Positions 26,696 through 39,675 of a stretch of 64,000 nucleotides of DNA are shown here, piece by piece. The DNA is taken from assembly GCF_001194135.2 (NCBI RefSeq), contig NC_068987.1, positions 105,829,459 through 105,893,458 of the forward strand. The letters run 5' to 3'. Source of the DNA: Octopus bimaculoides. Its lineage: Eukaryota. Made by a program: the position numbers and the translations under genes. How positions within the stretch are numbered: the stretch's first letter is position 1; every line of letters starts with the position of its first letter. Under the pieces are notes generated by a model. The model did no database searches. It saw only the letters and a program-made list of their open reading frames with translations, and was not told the DNA's origin.

Positions 26696-26802
26696 AACGT
26701 ACACGCACATACACTCACGCACACGGGCATGAACGTGCGCACACACGCACAAACGTACACGCACATACACTCACACACACGGGCATGAACGTGTGTACAC
26801 AC
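26691..26802. repeat. 56-bp tandem duplication inside a CA-rich tract
   Basis: gcacaaacgtacacgcacatacactcacgcacacgggcatgaacgtgcgcacacac, two near-identical copies. Confidence 0.85.
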
Positions 26803-27054
26803 GCACACACAGACACACACTCATACACAGCCGTGTGCGCGAAAAATAGAAGCTACTCTTAGGCACCATTCGCATGAAAAACAAACAATAATTACCAGAG
26901 ATTTCGGAATTATTACAAACATTTCTTACAAAATATGCCAGTTAATGCATTTTATGATTTGTATAATTATATTATTGATAAGTGGTTATCGATCTAATTA
27001 GTGGCTGTGACTGAATATTTATTTTATGCAAGCTCTATTTTTTCCCTTTAAATT

Positions 27055-27250
27055 GATGTTGTTTGATCCCGATTTAGCTTAGATTGAGCAGATGTGTGAT
27101 TGAAGTTATACCAGCGCTGTGTAACCTGCTCTTTGTTTTTTTCTATGTGCGAGGATCCCTTGAGACCATTATCTAATGTGTATATTTATTAGATGTAGTG
27201 TGTGTAAGGGAGATTTGGCTGATATTTCTAGTAAATAGTGCAACTATTTC
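27055..27250 (+). mobile_element. Dispersed repeat family 3 (unclassified, SINE-like)
   Basis: Motif gggagatttggctgatatttctag. Diverged opposite-strand relatives at about 43590-43730, 44125-44215, 48360-48400, 58765-58925 and 59370-59520. Confidence 0.45.
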
Positions 27251-27444
27251 AATAAACCCTTTACAAGTATCTTTTTAATATATTCAATATTTTTGTTTCT
27301 TAATGTCAGATAGGTCTATAAATTTGTGAAACATATTCACAGAAAAGTTAGTTGTAATTTCGTGCAATCCAGATACTATGAAATGATGATGAAATTACAT
27401 CAGATTGATATTTTATATTTTTAATAAATTTCCGAGCTTCTGAG

Positions 27445-27655
27445 GATAGAAGCTGGCAGAATGGTTGTTCGACCGGGAAAAATTGCTCAGCAACATTTCT
27501 TCCAACTCTTCCTTCTGAGTTCAAATACTGCGCTAGTTGAGTTTGCTTTTCATTTTTCGGGGTCTATAAAATAAATATCCTTTGAATACTGGGATCGACG
27601 CCATCAATTTATTTCCTTCCCGAAATAGCTGAACCTGTACAAAATTTGAGGCCGA
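27445..27655 (+). mobile_element. SINE family 2
   Basis: A box tggcagaatgg, B box gagttcaaatac, and gtttgcttttcatttttcggggtctataaaataa domain as in 51947-52165. Confidence 0.75.
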
Positions 27656-28545
27656 TATATCTAAGAGCTTCATTTTCTTTAACATTTGAAGAAGAAATTT
27701 TGTTTCAGTGATCAGGAATGTTAAATACTTTCTTTCTATTACGTTGTTGAAAATTCACATTATTTGTTTTCTCCTCTGTACGAATTATATCTTCTATGAG
27801 CCTATTGTTACTTGTTATTGTACGGTAGTTTCTCCTAATTTTGCTATTGATGAATGAGACCGGGATCTTTTGATGGAACTGATGCATGATTAGACCATTA
27901 CATTTCTGATAAAACGCGTGCCATTTTATTTTCAAACAAATTGTGTATACTATGCAACAGTATGTAAGTTTTGCAGGTAGTTATGTGTGATGTGAGAAAA
28001 GATTGCTCGGGATTCTATTTTCAGCAGGTCGACCGACTATTTAGGTGACTCTACATCTGTTTCGTAGTCGTACAATTCTAGATTTCTACTTGTTTACTTA
28101 GTTATCTGTCTTCCTTGTAAACCTTGGGGTAACATGGCGGTTAGAAAGATTAACGAGTCATAGATAAACATAGTAATGGATTAGCATACACTTTTTAATC
28201 AAATAAAACTTCACCAATATTAAAAGAGAGCTTATCTTGCAGCTTACGAGAACATAGCAGAAAGACCAATCAGATCAGACATAAATAACCAGCAGTTACG
28301 ATTCGCTTTGTAGTTTAATAATCTCTAAAAGTCTGATCCAGTGACCTCGTGCAATATAGTGCACTAACGTCTTGGTCGACATAAATCTACCAGTTGGATA
28401 CCACATACACATGTGCACGCGCGCGAACACACACGCAGACACGTCTGTATGTATGTATATATATGTTTATAGAGAGAAAAAGAGAGAGGGAGGGGGAGAG
28501 AGATAGATGGATGAATATGTATATGATTACACAAACGTATATAAA

Positions 28546-28589
<44 letters not shown>

Positions 28590-28738
28590 AAATATTAAGA
28601 CAAACAAAATTCTTTAACACATCTATAATAAATCGTTATGTGTGCGTGCGTTTGTGTGTTCGCGTCTGTGTTTGTTTGTGCATGTGTGTGTGCGTGTCCG
28701 CGTGTGTTAGTGTGTGAATATATATTTACGTTTGTGTG

Positions 28739-28773
<35 letters not shown>

Positions 28774-28900
28774 GTATGTGTGTGTGTGTGTGAGTGTGTG
28801 TGTGTGTGTATCAGTTAGTAACAATGACACAATATTTCGTTTTGCAAAAATATTATACTACCGAGAACAGTATTCTCATTGTTTAAGTTTGTCTGTATAG

Positions 28901-28927
28901 GTTCCTATAGAATTCAGAGTCACCACT
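28901..28927 (+). CDS. Candidate 27-nt micro-exon
   Basis: tttgtctgtatag|GTTCCTATAGAATTCAGAGTCACCACT|gtaagt; open as VPIEFRVTT or SYRIQSHH. Confidence 0.2.
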
Positions 28928-29289
28928 GTAAGTTACGACGTTGCGTACACAAATACATCTAGGTAAACAATGTGATCGAAGACAGAAAAAAATGAAAATT
29001 TATGGGTATATATGCATATTTCAAAAGTTACTGTTCTTTCATCAATACTACATCTAACCCGTCAACTATCTACGAACGGATTGCTTAAATATCCACTACG
29101 TTTAGCGATGCAACACTTGGCTTAATCAACTTACATATTAAGCACATTTCTGGCAGCTCATAAATAAATATTTATTTCCTGGTAAGGACACAGTATTTCG
29201 CTTTGCAACCATAATATATTCTCAAGTATATCAATGGGATACAAGTCAATATTTTTCTGTTAGCACTGCGATATTTTCGTTTTCAAGCT

Positions 29290-29390
<101 letters not shown>

Positions 29391-29576
29391 TTATCTATCT
29401 ATCTATCTAGCTAGCTAGCTAGCTATACATATACATATAGACGATATGTGTTTTGCCAGTTTGTGGGCCGGCTGCGATTTTTTGGCGTAAAAGAATATAT
29501 TCTCATCAATTCGACTTGTGTTAAAACATTAGAAAATCATAGACAAGTTAGATAACTTGCATCAGTGGTAATATAC

Positions 29577-29624
<48 letters not shown>

Positions 29625-31694
29625 NNNNNNNNNNNNNNNNNNNNNNNNNNNNNNNNNNNNNNNNNNNNNNNNNNNNNNNNNNNNNNNNNNNNNNNNNNNN
29701 NNNNNNNNNNNNNNNNNNNNNNNNNNNNNNNNNNNNNNNNNNNNNNNNNNNNNNNNNNNNNNNNNNNNNNNNNNNNNNNNNNNNNNNNNNNNNNNNNNNN
29801 NNNNNNNNNNNNNNNNNNNNNNNNNNNNNNNNNNNNNNNNNNNNNNNNNNNNNNNNNNNNNNNNNNNNNNNNNNNNNNNNNNNNNNNNNNNNNNNNNNNN
29901 NNNNNNNNNNNNNNNNNNNNNNNNNNNNNNNNNNNNNNNNNNNNNNNNNNNNNNNNNNNNNNNNNNNNNNNNNNNNNNNNNNNNNNNNNNNNNNNNNNNN
30001 NNNNNNNNNNNNNNNNNNNNNNNNNNNNNNNNNNNNNNNNNNNNNNNNNNNNNNNNNNNNNNNNNNNNNNNNNNNNNNNNNNNNNNNNNNNNNNNNNNNN
30101 NNNNNNNNNNNNNNNNNNNNNNNNNNNNNNNNNNNNNNNNNNNNNNNNNNNNNNNNNNNNNNNNNNNNNNNNNNNNNNNNNNNNNNNNNNNNNNNNNNNN
30201 NNNNNNNNNNNNNNNNNNNNNNNNNNNNNNNNNNNNNNTATATATATATATATTTATATATATACACACACACACACACACATACACACACACACACACA
30301 CACACATACATATCTATGTATGTATGTATGTATCTATCTGTATACTTTATATCTATATACGTATACCATATAATCACATAGAAACACACAAAAAATGCAC
30401 TTTTATACATACTCACGCACCCTCATGTGTACGCACACACTTATATTTTTATTCTATTGAATTTTAGATTTACAATCGTCTAAGTGCTTGTAAATTATTA
30501 ATTAAATCAGTTTCTGCAATGAATTTCACTTATATTCTTCTGCTGTGTTGCAGAATTTTCATAAAAGTTGGGATGCATTTACAGTGTGCTACCACTAATT
30601 TTTGTACATTTATTCCTGGCAATAAAAGAAAAATTTGCAAAAATAAGGGTTAATTTTGTTTCTTTTAATCCGGCTTTATAATTGATATATTTTTATATGC
30701 ACATATATGTATGTGTGTGTATGCATGTATCTATGTGTCTGCGTGTATTTGTGCGTATGTATGTCTGTATATATAAGTTAGGACTGTTTAAACATTCAAG
30801 TGATAGGCTAGAAGTGTTTAAGCAACTAAGGGATAATCAAATCCAAAGGCGCTCCTGGAGATTACTTGTGTGGGTACCGTCTTTGTTTGAAGGTATCCAG
30901 AGGCGTGTGTATGTGTGTGTAGATATATATAATATGAACAGACACACATATCAGTACATAAACATAAGCTTACATCTACATACACATATACACACGTGCA
31001 GACTCGTCTACTCACTTACATACGTAAATACATACGTAAATACATACATAGATACATACATACATACATCCATATCATGAACTAGCTGTTACTTTCTAAG
31101 ATGCAGCACGAAGTTGTACAGTGAACAGGTCGCGGTTTCAAAGTGAGGAATAGATACAAATTAAATTGAAATACTGAAGTGGAACTAACGGTTTTTGTGA
31201 GCTCCTAAATGTCTTACAAACATCTTCCACGCTGCAATTATATATATATATATATATATATNNNNNNNNNNNNNNNNNNNNNNNNNNNNNNNNNNNNNNN
31301 NNNNNNNNNNNNNNNNNNNNNNNNNNNNNNNNNNNNNNNNNNNNNNNNNNNNNNNNNNNNNNNNNNNNNNNNNNNNNNNNNNNNNNNNNNNNNNNNNNNN
31401 NNNNNNNNNNNNNNNNNNNNNNNNNNNNNNNNNNNNNNNNNNNNNNNNNNNNNNNNNNNNNNNNNNNNNNNNNNNNNNNNNNNNNNNNNNNATATATATA
31501 TATATACATACACACAAATATAGTTTACAAACCTTATTGAGGGATAGCAAAATCGTATGAAAGTACTGGTTAGTTACCTGTACAAAGAATGTTGAACATT
31601 ACAGTTAATACTCAACTGCAAGGTAACTATAAAAACCGTGGTTTATATATAATTATAATAAGATAAGAAAATAGAGAGATAATTAATGTAGTTA

Positions 31695-31920
31695 TAGGCC
31701 GATAATGCATTCTGAGTGGAGTTTGGAGATAGAAACTGAATGAAGCCCCTCTTATATATGTGTGTGTACGTATGTGTGAGTGTGTGCGTAAATTAGGGGT
31801 TCGGTAAAAGAGATCAATAAAATAAGTACCGCGCTTTAGAAATAAGTACTGGGGTTGATTCGTTCGACTAGAATTCTTGAACGCGGCGCCGTAGCACCGC
31901 TGCAGTCAAACGATTGATCC
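31695..31920 (+). mobile_element. Diverged, 5'-truncated SINE family 1
   Basis: gagtggagtttggagatagaaactgaatgaagccc...ggttcggtaaaagagatcaataaaataagtacc...ctggggttgattcgttcgact. Confidence 0.7.
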
Positions 31921-32559
31921 ATAATACATACACACACACACACACACACGCACAAACACACACACACACACACACACTCACATATACACACTCACGCATA
32001 CATATATGCACATATGTGTGTGCGTACGTGTGTGTGTGTGTGTGTGTATGTATGCGTGCGCATTATTTGTAATTCACTGAAATGTTAACGATAAAACTTT
32101 ATAAATGAAATAGAATATTTATATAACTTACCAGTTTTACATTATACAGCTATCCATGAATTTGTAATTAATGATTTTATCATTTCATGATGGCATATGT
32201 TTTGTGTGATGTTCTTATAATTCATAATTTTAATAAGCAGATATTAGCAATAGCAGAGAAAGTAATAAATTATTCTTATTAACAGTAACAGGGAATTAAT
32301 ATGTGGAATATCCATTTTCTCCAATTAATAATTGCAATAAATATAAATGTATATTTATTAAACGTGCGCATTTGAGCGTGGTCGATATTTTTCAATGCAT
32401 GTAGCTACATCTATCCGTTTCTGTTAAAATCTTCCTTCACCATATTGATTTAGATGAATTTTATTTATTTCAGTTGATGATTCCGAGCACATGTATCTAA
32501 ACATTCATTAAGATATATTTGTCTGTAACTGGAAAATCAAATTTGCTCTCTATATCGTG

Positions 32560-33740
32560 TCACGCCTTTTCTTAAATTCGTTCCTTTGAGGCTGCATGTT
32601 TCCTATCATATCTTAAACGAGTAATTACAGGTAAAATCATTACTTTGAAATGGAATCCTTTTTCAAAGTGGAATTCTGAAATATGGACAATATTAGATTA
32701 TTCCAAATATTTTGTCAAAGCATTTAGTCTGTTAATTCTGTAGTTTTTCAATATAATTTAGGATCTGTTAATATTATCTTTCTTGATTCTGCTTGTCCAC
32801 CAGTTTATAATTGGAATTTTATTTGTAGAATTTAATTCATTGTGGTAACCTTTTGCAGCAGTGGTACATTTTGCAGATAATAGTAAAGGTTTCATTGTTT
32901 CATTGTAGGTAGCGACATATATTAATACTTTCAATTCAAATGCATTGTTTAGTTTTACTTGTGTTTGTACCCTGACATCAATTGCAACCCATCATCTTTT
33001 AAGAATGGTGAGAAATGAATCTTGACGAGTGAGTATATCATTATGTTCCTGGAGTAGTTTATCATGATACGATATTACATCTGCGCATATCCTATTTGGT
33101 AACTAAAGGGTATATTTGTTCAAGTGTGATTCTCATCGATTATATATTGAATCGGGTCTGTAATATATAAGTTTATAATATCTGTCTGCTGCTGAATTTC
33201 ATAATAAAATAACTAAAATTCGTAAGTTCTCTGAAGTGTGTTCCTTTGACAGTCGAATGCCAATATTAATTATTTTTATAAATCCATTCCAAATGAATCG
33301 CTGAGAAACCATTTCCAGTTCTCTTTTCTATACAGGTAGGAAAGATGTTCGCATCTTCTTTATTCACTGTGCTTTCCTAATATCTATAACTTAATTTACG
33401 TTGACTAGGGTTACTTTGGTTCGTATTATATTTCCACGTTTTCTTTGTAATAATTTACATCAAATGTGAAATTGATATTTTTGTGGATAGATTTTAATAC
33501 TTTAATTATTGATTCATTTCTATAAGTTCTAGTAATATTTCTACATATTTGTCCAACAAGAGTATGATTGATTCTATTTCATAATCGCGAGGGATATTTG
33601 AAAGCAAATCTAATACATCAAAATAAGCAATATGTCTTTTCATTCAGTTTTGGGGAGATGTTTCAACGCACTTTCATCATCTATTAATGTGCTTTTTGAA
33701 ATCGTTTCAATAAAATGCATGAAAACAATATTAAGGTGGT
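32560..33740 (-). pseudogene. Old Penelope-like RT relic
   Basis: Minus strand AYFDVLDLLSNIPRDYEIESIILLLDKY (about 33545-33628) matches PLE RT motif A; an IPFS-LPNRICA-like thumb lies downstream; many stops and frameshifts. Confidence 0.65.
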
Positions 33741-34331
33741 GGTCGTGACCACCTATTATTAGACTTAATTTTAAATTGCTTAGTAATGAAACATAAATGC
33801 ATATACTTGTGAACTAGTATGTAACATTATTTTGTATCTGTGAAATTCTGGTAAAACGTAGGAAAGATAGATTATACTAAAAATTTCTTCTGAAATCACA
33901 TTTGATTGATCATTCTTTTTCGGTGTAAATGTAACAGATCTGCATGATTTTTTATTACTCCCTGTTGATTGCTGTTTTTAAATATTTTGTAATTTATATT
34001 GTTTTCTATCATTAAGAAACCAATATTTTTATGAAATTCAGAATCCGCCAAACATGTAGCTTCATTCCATTTTCCATCTTCTGAAACTGGCAATTCATTT
34101 TCATTATTTCAATTCAATTACATACGTCAATCAGTAGCCCTGGTGTTTGACTTAAATCCTTTGGTTATGTGTGACGTTACATGGAAAATGTCATTTTGAT
34201 CACAAAAATTGTCAAGTGTTTCAATCCCACCGTTTTATGAAAAATAGTTGCAAATATAAAAATGCTTGTTCATATTCATGCATACATGAACACTTATATA
34301 CATACATATGTAGATGTGTGCTTGTGTTTGA

Positions 34332-34362
<31 letters not shown>

Positions 34363-34694
34363 NNNNNNNNNNNNNNNNNNNNNNNNNNNNNNNNNNNNNN
34401 NNNNNNNNNNNNNNNNNNNNNNNNNNNNNNNNNNNNNNNNNNNNNNNNNNNNNNNNNNNNNNNNNNNNNNNNNNNNNNNNNNNNNNNNNNNNNNNNNNNN
34501 NNNNNNNNNNNNNNNNNNNNNNNNNNNNNNNNNNNNNNNNNNNNNNNNNNNNNNNNNNNNNNNNNNNNNNNNNNNNNNNNNNNNNNNNNNNNNNNNNNNN
34601 NNNNNNNNNNNNNNNNNNNNNNNNNNNNNNNNNNNNNNNNNNNNNNNNNNNNNNNNNNNNNNNNNNNNNNNNNNNNNNNNNNNNNNNNNNNNNN

Positions 34695-34746
<52 letters not shown>

Positions 34747-35584
34747 TTACTTGGAAATGGATGCGGCGCATTCAATTAAATAATAAATGGTAAATAATAT
34801 ATATATACATACGTACATACACACACACAATCATACACACATGCACACAGACACAGACACAGACACTGACACACACACACACACACACACACATACACAC
34901 ACACACACACATACACACACACATATGTGCATGTATGGATACAGGACGTCACCAACTGTGCAAATAACATGAAATACGTAAACAGACGAGTGAAATACAT
35001 AAACAGCGAGGCAAATGGAGAACAGGACAAGCTAACATAGAGAAAGACCCTTAATCAGTTGTCGGCTGTCTATCTACTCTTCATTTGGAGCATTCAACGA
35101 AAACAAATTAGTCTTCAAAGACAGTTGCTCCTATAAATTCTAAAATAAAATTTAAGATTTATGGGGGGTCAAAGCTGGGGACAAAAAAATGACAGTGATG
35201 AGATACAAAGTAACCGAATGAAAACAAACATGGACTGTTGTTAGACTAAAACGAGAGGAAAATAGTGAACGCTGGGAGAAACATTTTTTTGAAAAGAAAA
35301 AAGATAGAAGAGAGAGAGGAAAACACATCCGTTCGTTTAAACATCCGTGCAAGAAAAGAACTGATGAAGGGTCCTTAAGAACACGTTATACTATTAATTG
35401 TTATTTATATTAAGAAAGACATAAGAGAATTAGTTTTACCAAACCTTACAAATAATATTATCCCCACGAATGCAAGAAAAATACAGGGATTTCTACATCT
35501 AAAATCTATTACAAAGTACTCTTTGTAGGACTCATAATTTAATGAGTCAGACAGACCTAATAGTGCAAGATATTTTGTGATTCT

Positions 35585-35718
35585 GGGAATCAATCTCACC
35601 ATCTCATAAGATGAAATGTTGCTCTCATTGGAATTTGAACTCAGAACACAGAATAATGAGACAAATACCGCAAGATATTTTTACCAGACCCTCTAACGAT
35701 TCTGTTAATCCAACGCCA
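35585..35718 (-). mobile_element. SINE family 2, 5' part
   Basis: Reverse complement cagaatcgttag...cttgcggtatttgtctc...gttctgagttcaaattcc. Confidence 0.7.
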
Positions 35719-38456
35719 TATCTATAATGAATAGTTGGTATCTAGAGAATGGAAATATCGAAGACAACTTGATAGAGTAATATAACTTGATAGAATAATA
35801 TAATGGTTCAGAATAATAATGGGGAAAATAACAAATTACGTTTAGAGGTAAGTATTTCTAAATGTGTAAGATTCTGTAATTACGTATATGATGAATTGCC
35901 CATGAATATAAGAATTATCAAAAGAAAATAAAGTGTATCTTTCGGATACATTTTCCCCAGCTACATGAGAGCGATAAGGAAGTGTATAGAACTATTGATA
36001 AATTACATATTTTTCGTATACAAACGTTTATATTTTCCGCAATTTATTTTCATTACTGTGATTAATTCATATTCTATATTACGAGCCTCTATTGTGTTGA
36101 TGATAATCCGTTTCTATCTTGCTTGGCAGTAACTTATAAATTTCTTTGGAAACATTAACTATAATGTCGATGTAAATCCTTATATACAAAGTCAGTTTCA
36201 ATTATTCGACGTTATTTAAATATTCCTAGTAGATGTTATACAAATTAAAACCGTATTATTCGGTGGCCAGGATAAAACAGGATACCTACTTCTATTTTCA
36301 TCCATAAATATATGAAAACTACGAAACTCCACATTGACCAGAAAGGATGACAATCAAAACAATTTTCAAAACTTTACCGGTAATTTTGTACGAAGGATCG
36401 AAAAGGCTTAAATGGACACACTATCGTTAAATTTTGGTACTACGTTCATATTTTACAGCTTCTTTGAGACGCATACAACAGTATCTCTTTTTATTCTCTT
36501 CGATTCTTTTCTTTGGTTCGTTTTACATTTTCAAGAGAAGAGTTTCCCGATCATCTTCGATTTTCATCTGGTTCGCAATCCCATAGGCAAATGGTGTGAT
36601 GTTACTGAGGAAGGGTGCTTCCTGTTAGTTGTCAGTTTCATTGTTTCAGCGTGGATGACTCTCATGATCTCCACCAGTTGCGACAATGAGATATTTGGAA
36701 CTTAGCTCCTGACGATAGCAAGAAGTAATTTTTATTAACGACTCTTGACTCATACCATGTGTATCGCAAGGACTGGCAACATATAATTTTGTTCAAGCTG
36801 TTGTTTTCATTCTTTTAGCCTTTCTTTATAGAAAACATTAAATGACTTTTATTGTTACAAGAGTACAATTGGGTTGTCTGCCTTGAATACTGAGGTTTTG
36901 ATTGTCAACTTTTTGGTGCCCTCAATAGAAGACAATTCTGGTATTATGTTTGTGGCCATAAGGAATTGTATGCTAATGGTGACCCCCATTCAAAAACATA
37001 TTAGCGAATGCTACGCCTACACTGAACATCAGCTGCTTTGTGCCACGAAAGGGATCCTTAGCCAAAAATTTACAACACCATTAATGGCTGTGATCCTTGT
37101 GTTCAGCTTTGTCAAATATGACGGGAACATCATATGACCAGTTGTATCACGTACCAGTTTGGCATCCACTTTCCTACATCCACCATTTTAAAGATGACAT
37201 GTAAGCTGCCATATGCATTCCCTCTCTGAATAAGTGAGATTTCACTTAAAGAGTTTGACTGAGTTGTTCCAGCTATTGTTGGGTTAGGTGGAACAAAACA
37301 AAATGTCTCTGTGGTCATGGCATAAAACAGCTAGTTTACCTTCCAACTAATGCGCGTATGTATGAATGATTGTTAGATTGGTACCTGTATAGTGGGTAAA
37401 CACTACACACGCGTGACTAGAAAGGTGCTTATAAGAGAAATAAGCAGATATAGACTTCCTCTCGAGGACCCGGCAAATCGGTGCTATCAAAAAGCAATTT
37501 TTCAACGTAGCCCTTAGTATTAAAAAGAGCAAAAGCAGATGTGCCAATGAAAACACCAAGAAAAACTTGATAACATTAACAGAAACAACAGCACCAGCAT
37601 CAGCAACAGAATACCCGCCCCCCATCCTAACACAATACCTCAAAACGTAGATTTTCCTCGCTTCAGACTACTAAGATGTGATGTTCTGCACTAGGATAAC
37701 GAAAGAGGAAGATTTTCTACTAAAAAGAGAAAGTAAACATGGACAAAACAATTCTTCTTTCAGAGAATGCTGGGAAATTTGAAGCGAAGAAACTTGAAGA
37801 ATGCACAATACCTGTAACAACTCTACAACCACTGCCAACATGAACACTGCAAAAACCACAACAAACGCAACCCAATTCATATATCAAACCACAATAACAA
37901 TAATACCCACAAAGTAACATAATAAAGTACACGGTCATAGGCACGAACAACAAAGAATAAATCAGACACAAACATCAACTCAAAACATTATACAAAATTA
38001 CTTCATCATACCAGCAAATGACATAAAGGTCTGAAAACCAACGCAAGACACAGACTTAAACAAAAATACCCCAATGGAATGGTAGAATTGCGAAGGTTCG
38101 TAAACACAATTTAGTCTCAGTTAGAAATGGACTGAGAAGATGCTATGTCTGAAATCTTTAGCAGGAATGGCAAACGTCTGCATCGTCTCTGTCATCTTAG
38201 AGGTTCTGCTCAGCGCTGGATTGACCATTAAGTAAAATAAGCACGTGCTTCGGGTATCAAGGAAACGGGGTGCCGCAGAAATGGTAAATAGTTTACGGCA
38301 CGAAAAAATCATTTTGAACTTTCTAAAATAATATTCGGGATGCCTTATCTCTCTTGAGTGCAGAAGGAAATATATAATGTAAGATTAATTTTGAGGATCC
38401 GATCAAAGACTTCGCAATTATAAAAAGTAGAAACCTTTAAATAAAGTGGAAGTATA

Positions 38457-38857
38457 GGCGCAAGAGTGGCTGTGTGGTAAGTAGCTTGCCTGCCAACTAC
38501 ATGGTTCCGGGTTCAGTCCCACTGCGTGGCATCTTGGGCAAGTGTCTTCTACTATAGCCTCGGGCCGACCAAAGCCTTGTGAGTGGATTTGGTAGACGGA
38601 AACTGAAAGAAGCCCGTCGTATATATGTATATGTATATATATGTGTGTGTGTTTGTGTGTCTGCGTTTGTCCTCCCCAACATCGTTTGACAACCGATGCT
38701 GGTGTGTTTACGTCCCCGTAACTTAGCGGTTCGGCAAAAGGGACCGATAGAATAAGTACTAGGCTTACAAAGAAAAAGTCCTGGGGTCGATTTGCTCGAC
38801 TAAAAGGCGGTGCTCCAGCACGACCGCAGTCAAATGACTGAAACAAGTAAAAGAGTA
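38457..38857 (+). mobile_element. Full-length SINE family 1 (best-preserved copy)
   Basis: A box tggctgtgtgg, B box ggttcagtccc, complete body and tail; agtata on both sides may be a short TSD. Confidence 0.92.
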
Positions 38858-39319
38858 TACGTAAATAAACATTATTTTCCATCTTATTGTCATTTTTGCT
38901 TCATTTTGAGAAATAAAAATTTATTTTATGGTTTATTATTGGTTAAATTTTAAATTACATATATGCGTGGGCACCAAAATCTTTTAAGTTCTTAAAGTCT
39001 GCTCCTCTGCTTTTTATGAATGGGCTGGGTTCCATTTTCCTAACACTTCATTTGCTGAGAACAGTTGCTGCATGGCAGACAGAGCATCTGGCAGTAACAG
39101 ATGATTCATAGGCAAGCGAAGATGATATATTTCCAGCGATTCTTTGAATCCATCAAGGAATCGCTGGAGGTTTCAGGTGTGACCGACATGTGTTTGTCAT
39201 TCGAAATGTCAAACGCTCACACCTGTCATCCCGTCGGGCAATGCGATAGGAGGAAACTTAACATTTTCGTTCTACTGTTGCGAGAAACAAACAACAATGA
39301 AGCATGTTTGAAATTCTGG

Positions 39320-39342
39320 AATGTACACTATAGTAGCAGTAA

Positions 39343-39398
<56 letters not shown>

Positions 39399-39675
39399 AA
39401 AGAAGAAAAAGAAGGACAAAGCGAAGAAAAAGAGGTAGGAGTAGTAGCAGTTGTAGTAGCTGTAGCAGCAGCAACAGCGGTAGTTGTAGTAGTAGCAGTA
39501 GTAGCAGCGGTAGTAGTAGTTGTAGTTGTAGTAGTAGAAATAGCTGCAGCAGTAATGGTAATAATAATAGTAGTAGTAGTAGTAACAAACTAAAGAAGAA
39601 ATAGAGGAAATTGAAGAAAAAGAACAAAAAAAATGAAGAAGAAGAGGAGGAAGATGAGGAGGTGGATGAGGAGGT
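39320..39675. repeat. Mosaic trinucleotide array (TAG/CAG/GAA/GAG)
   Basis: Visible directly; source of the poly-S/V/L ORFs. Confidence 0.9.

Noticed and set aside
35020-35110. Possible further hammerhead (minus strand caaa...ctgattaaggg)
   Set aside because: Both core halves deviate in this copy and the stems could not be drawn convincingly.
38457-38535. SINE heads as tRNA genes (all families)
   Set aside because: A and B boxes are present but there is no complete cloverleaf, and each continues into a SINE body.
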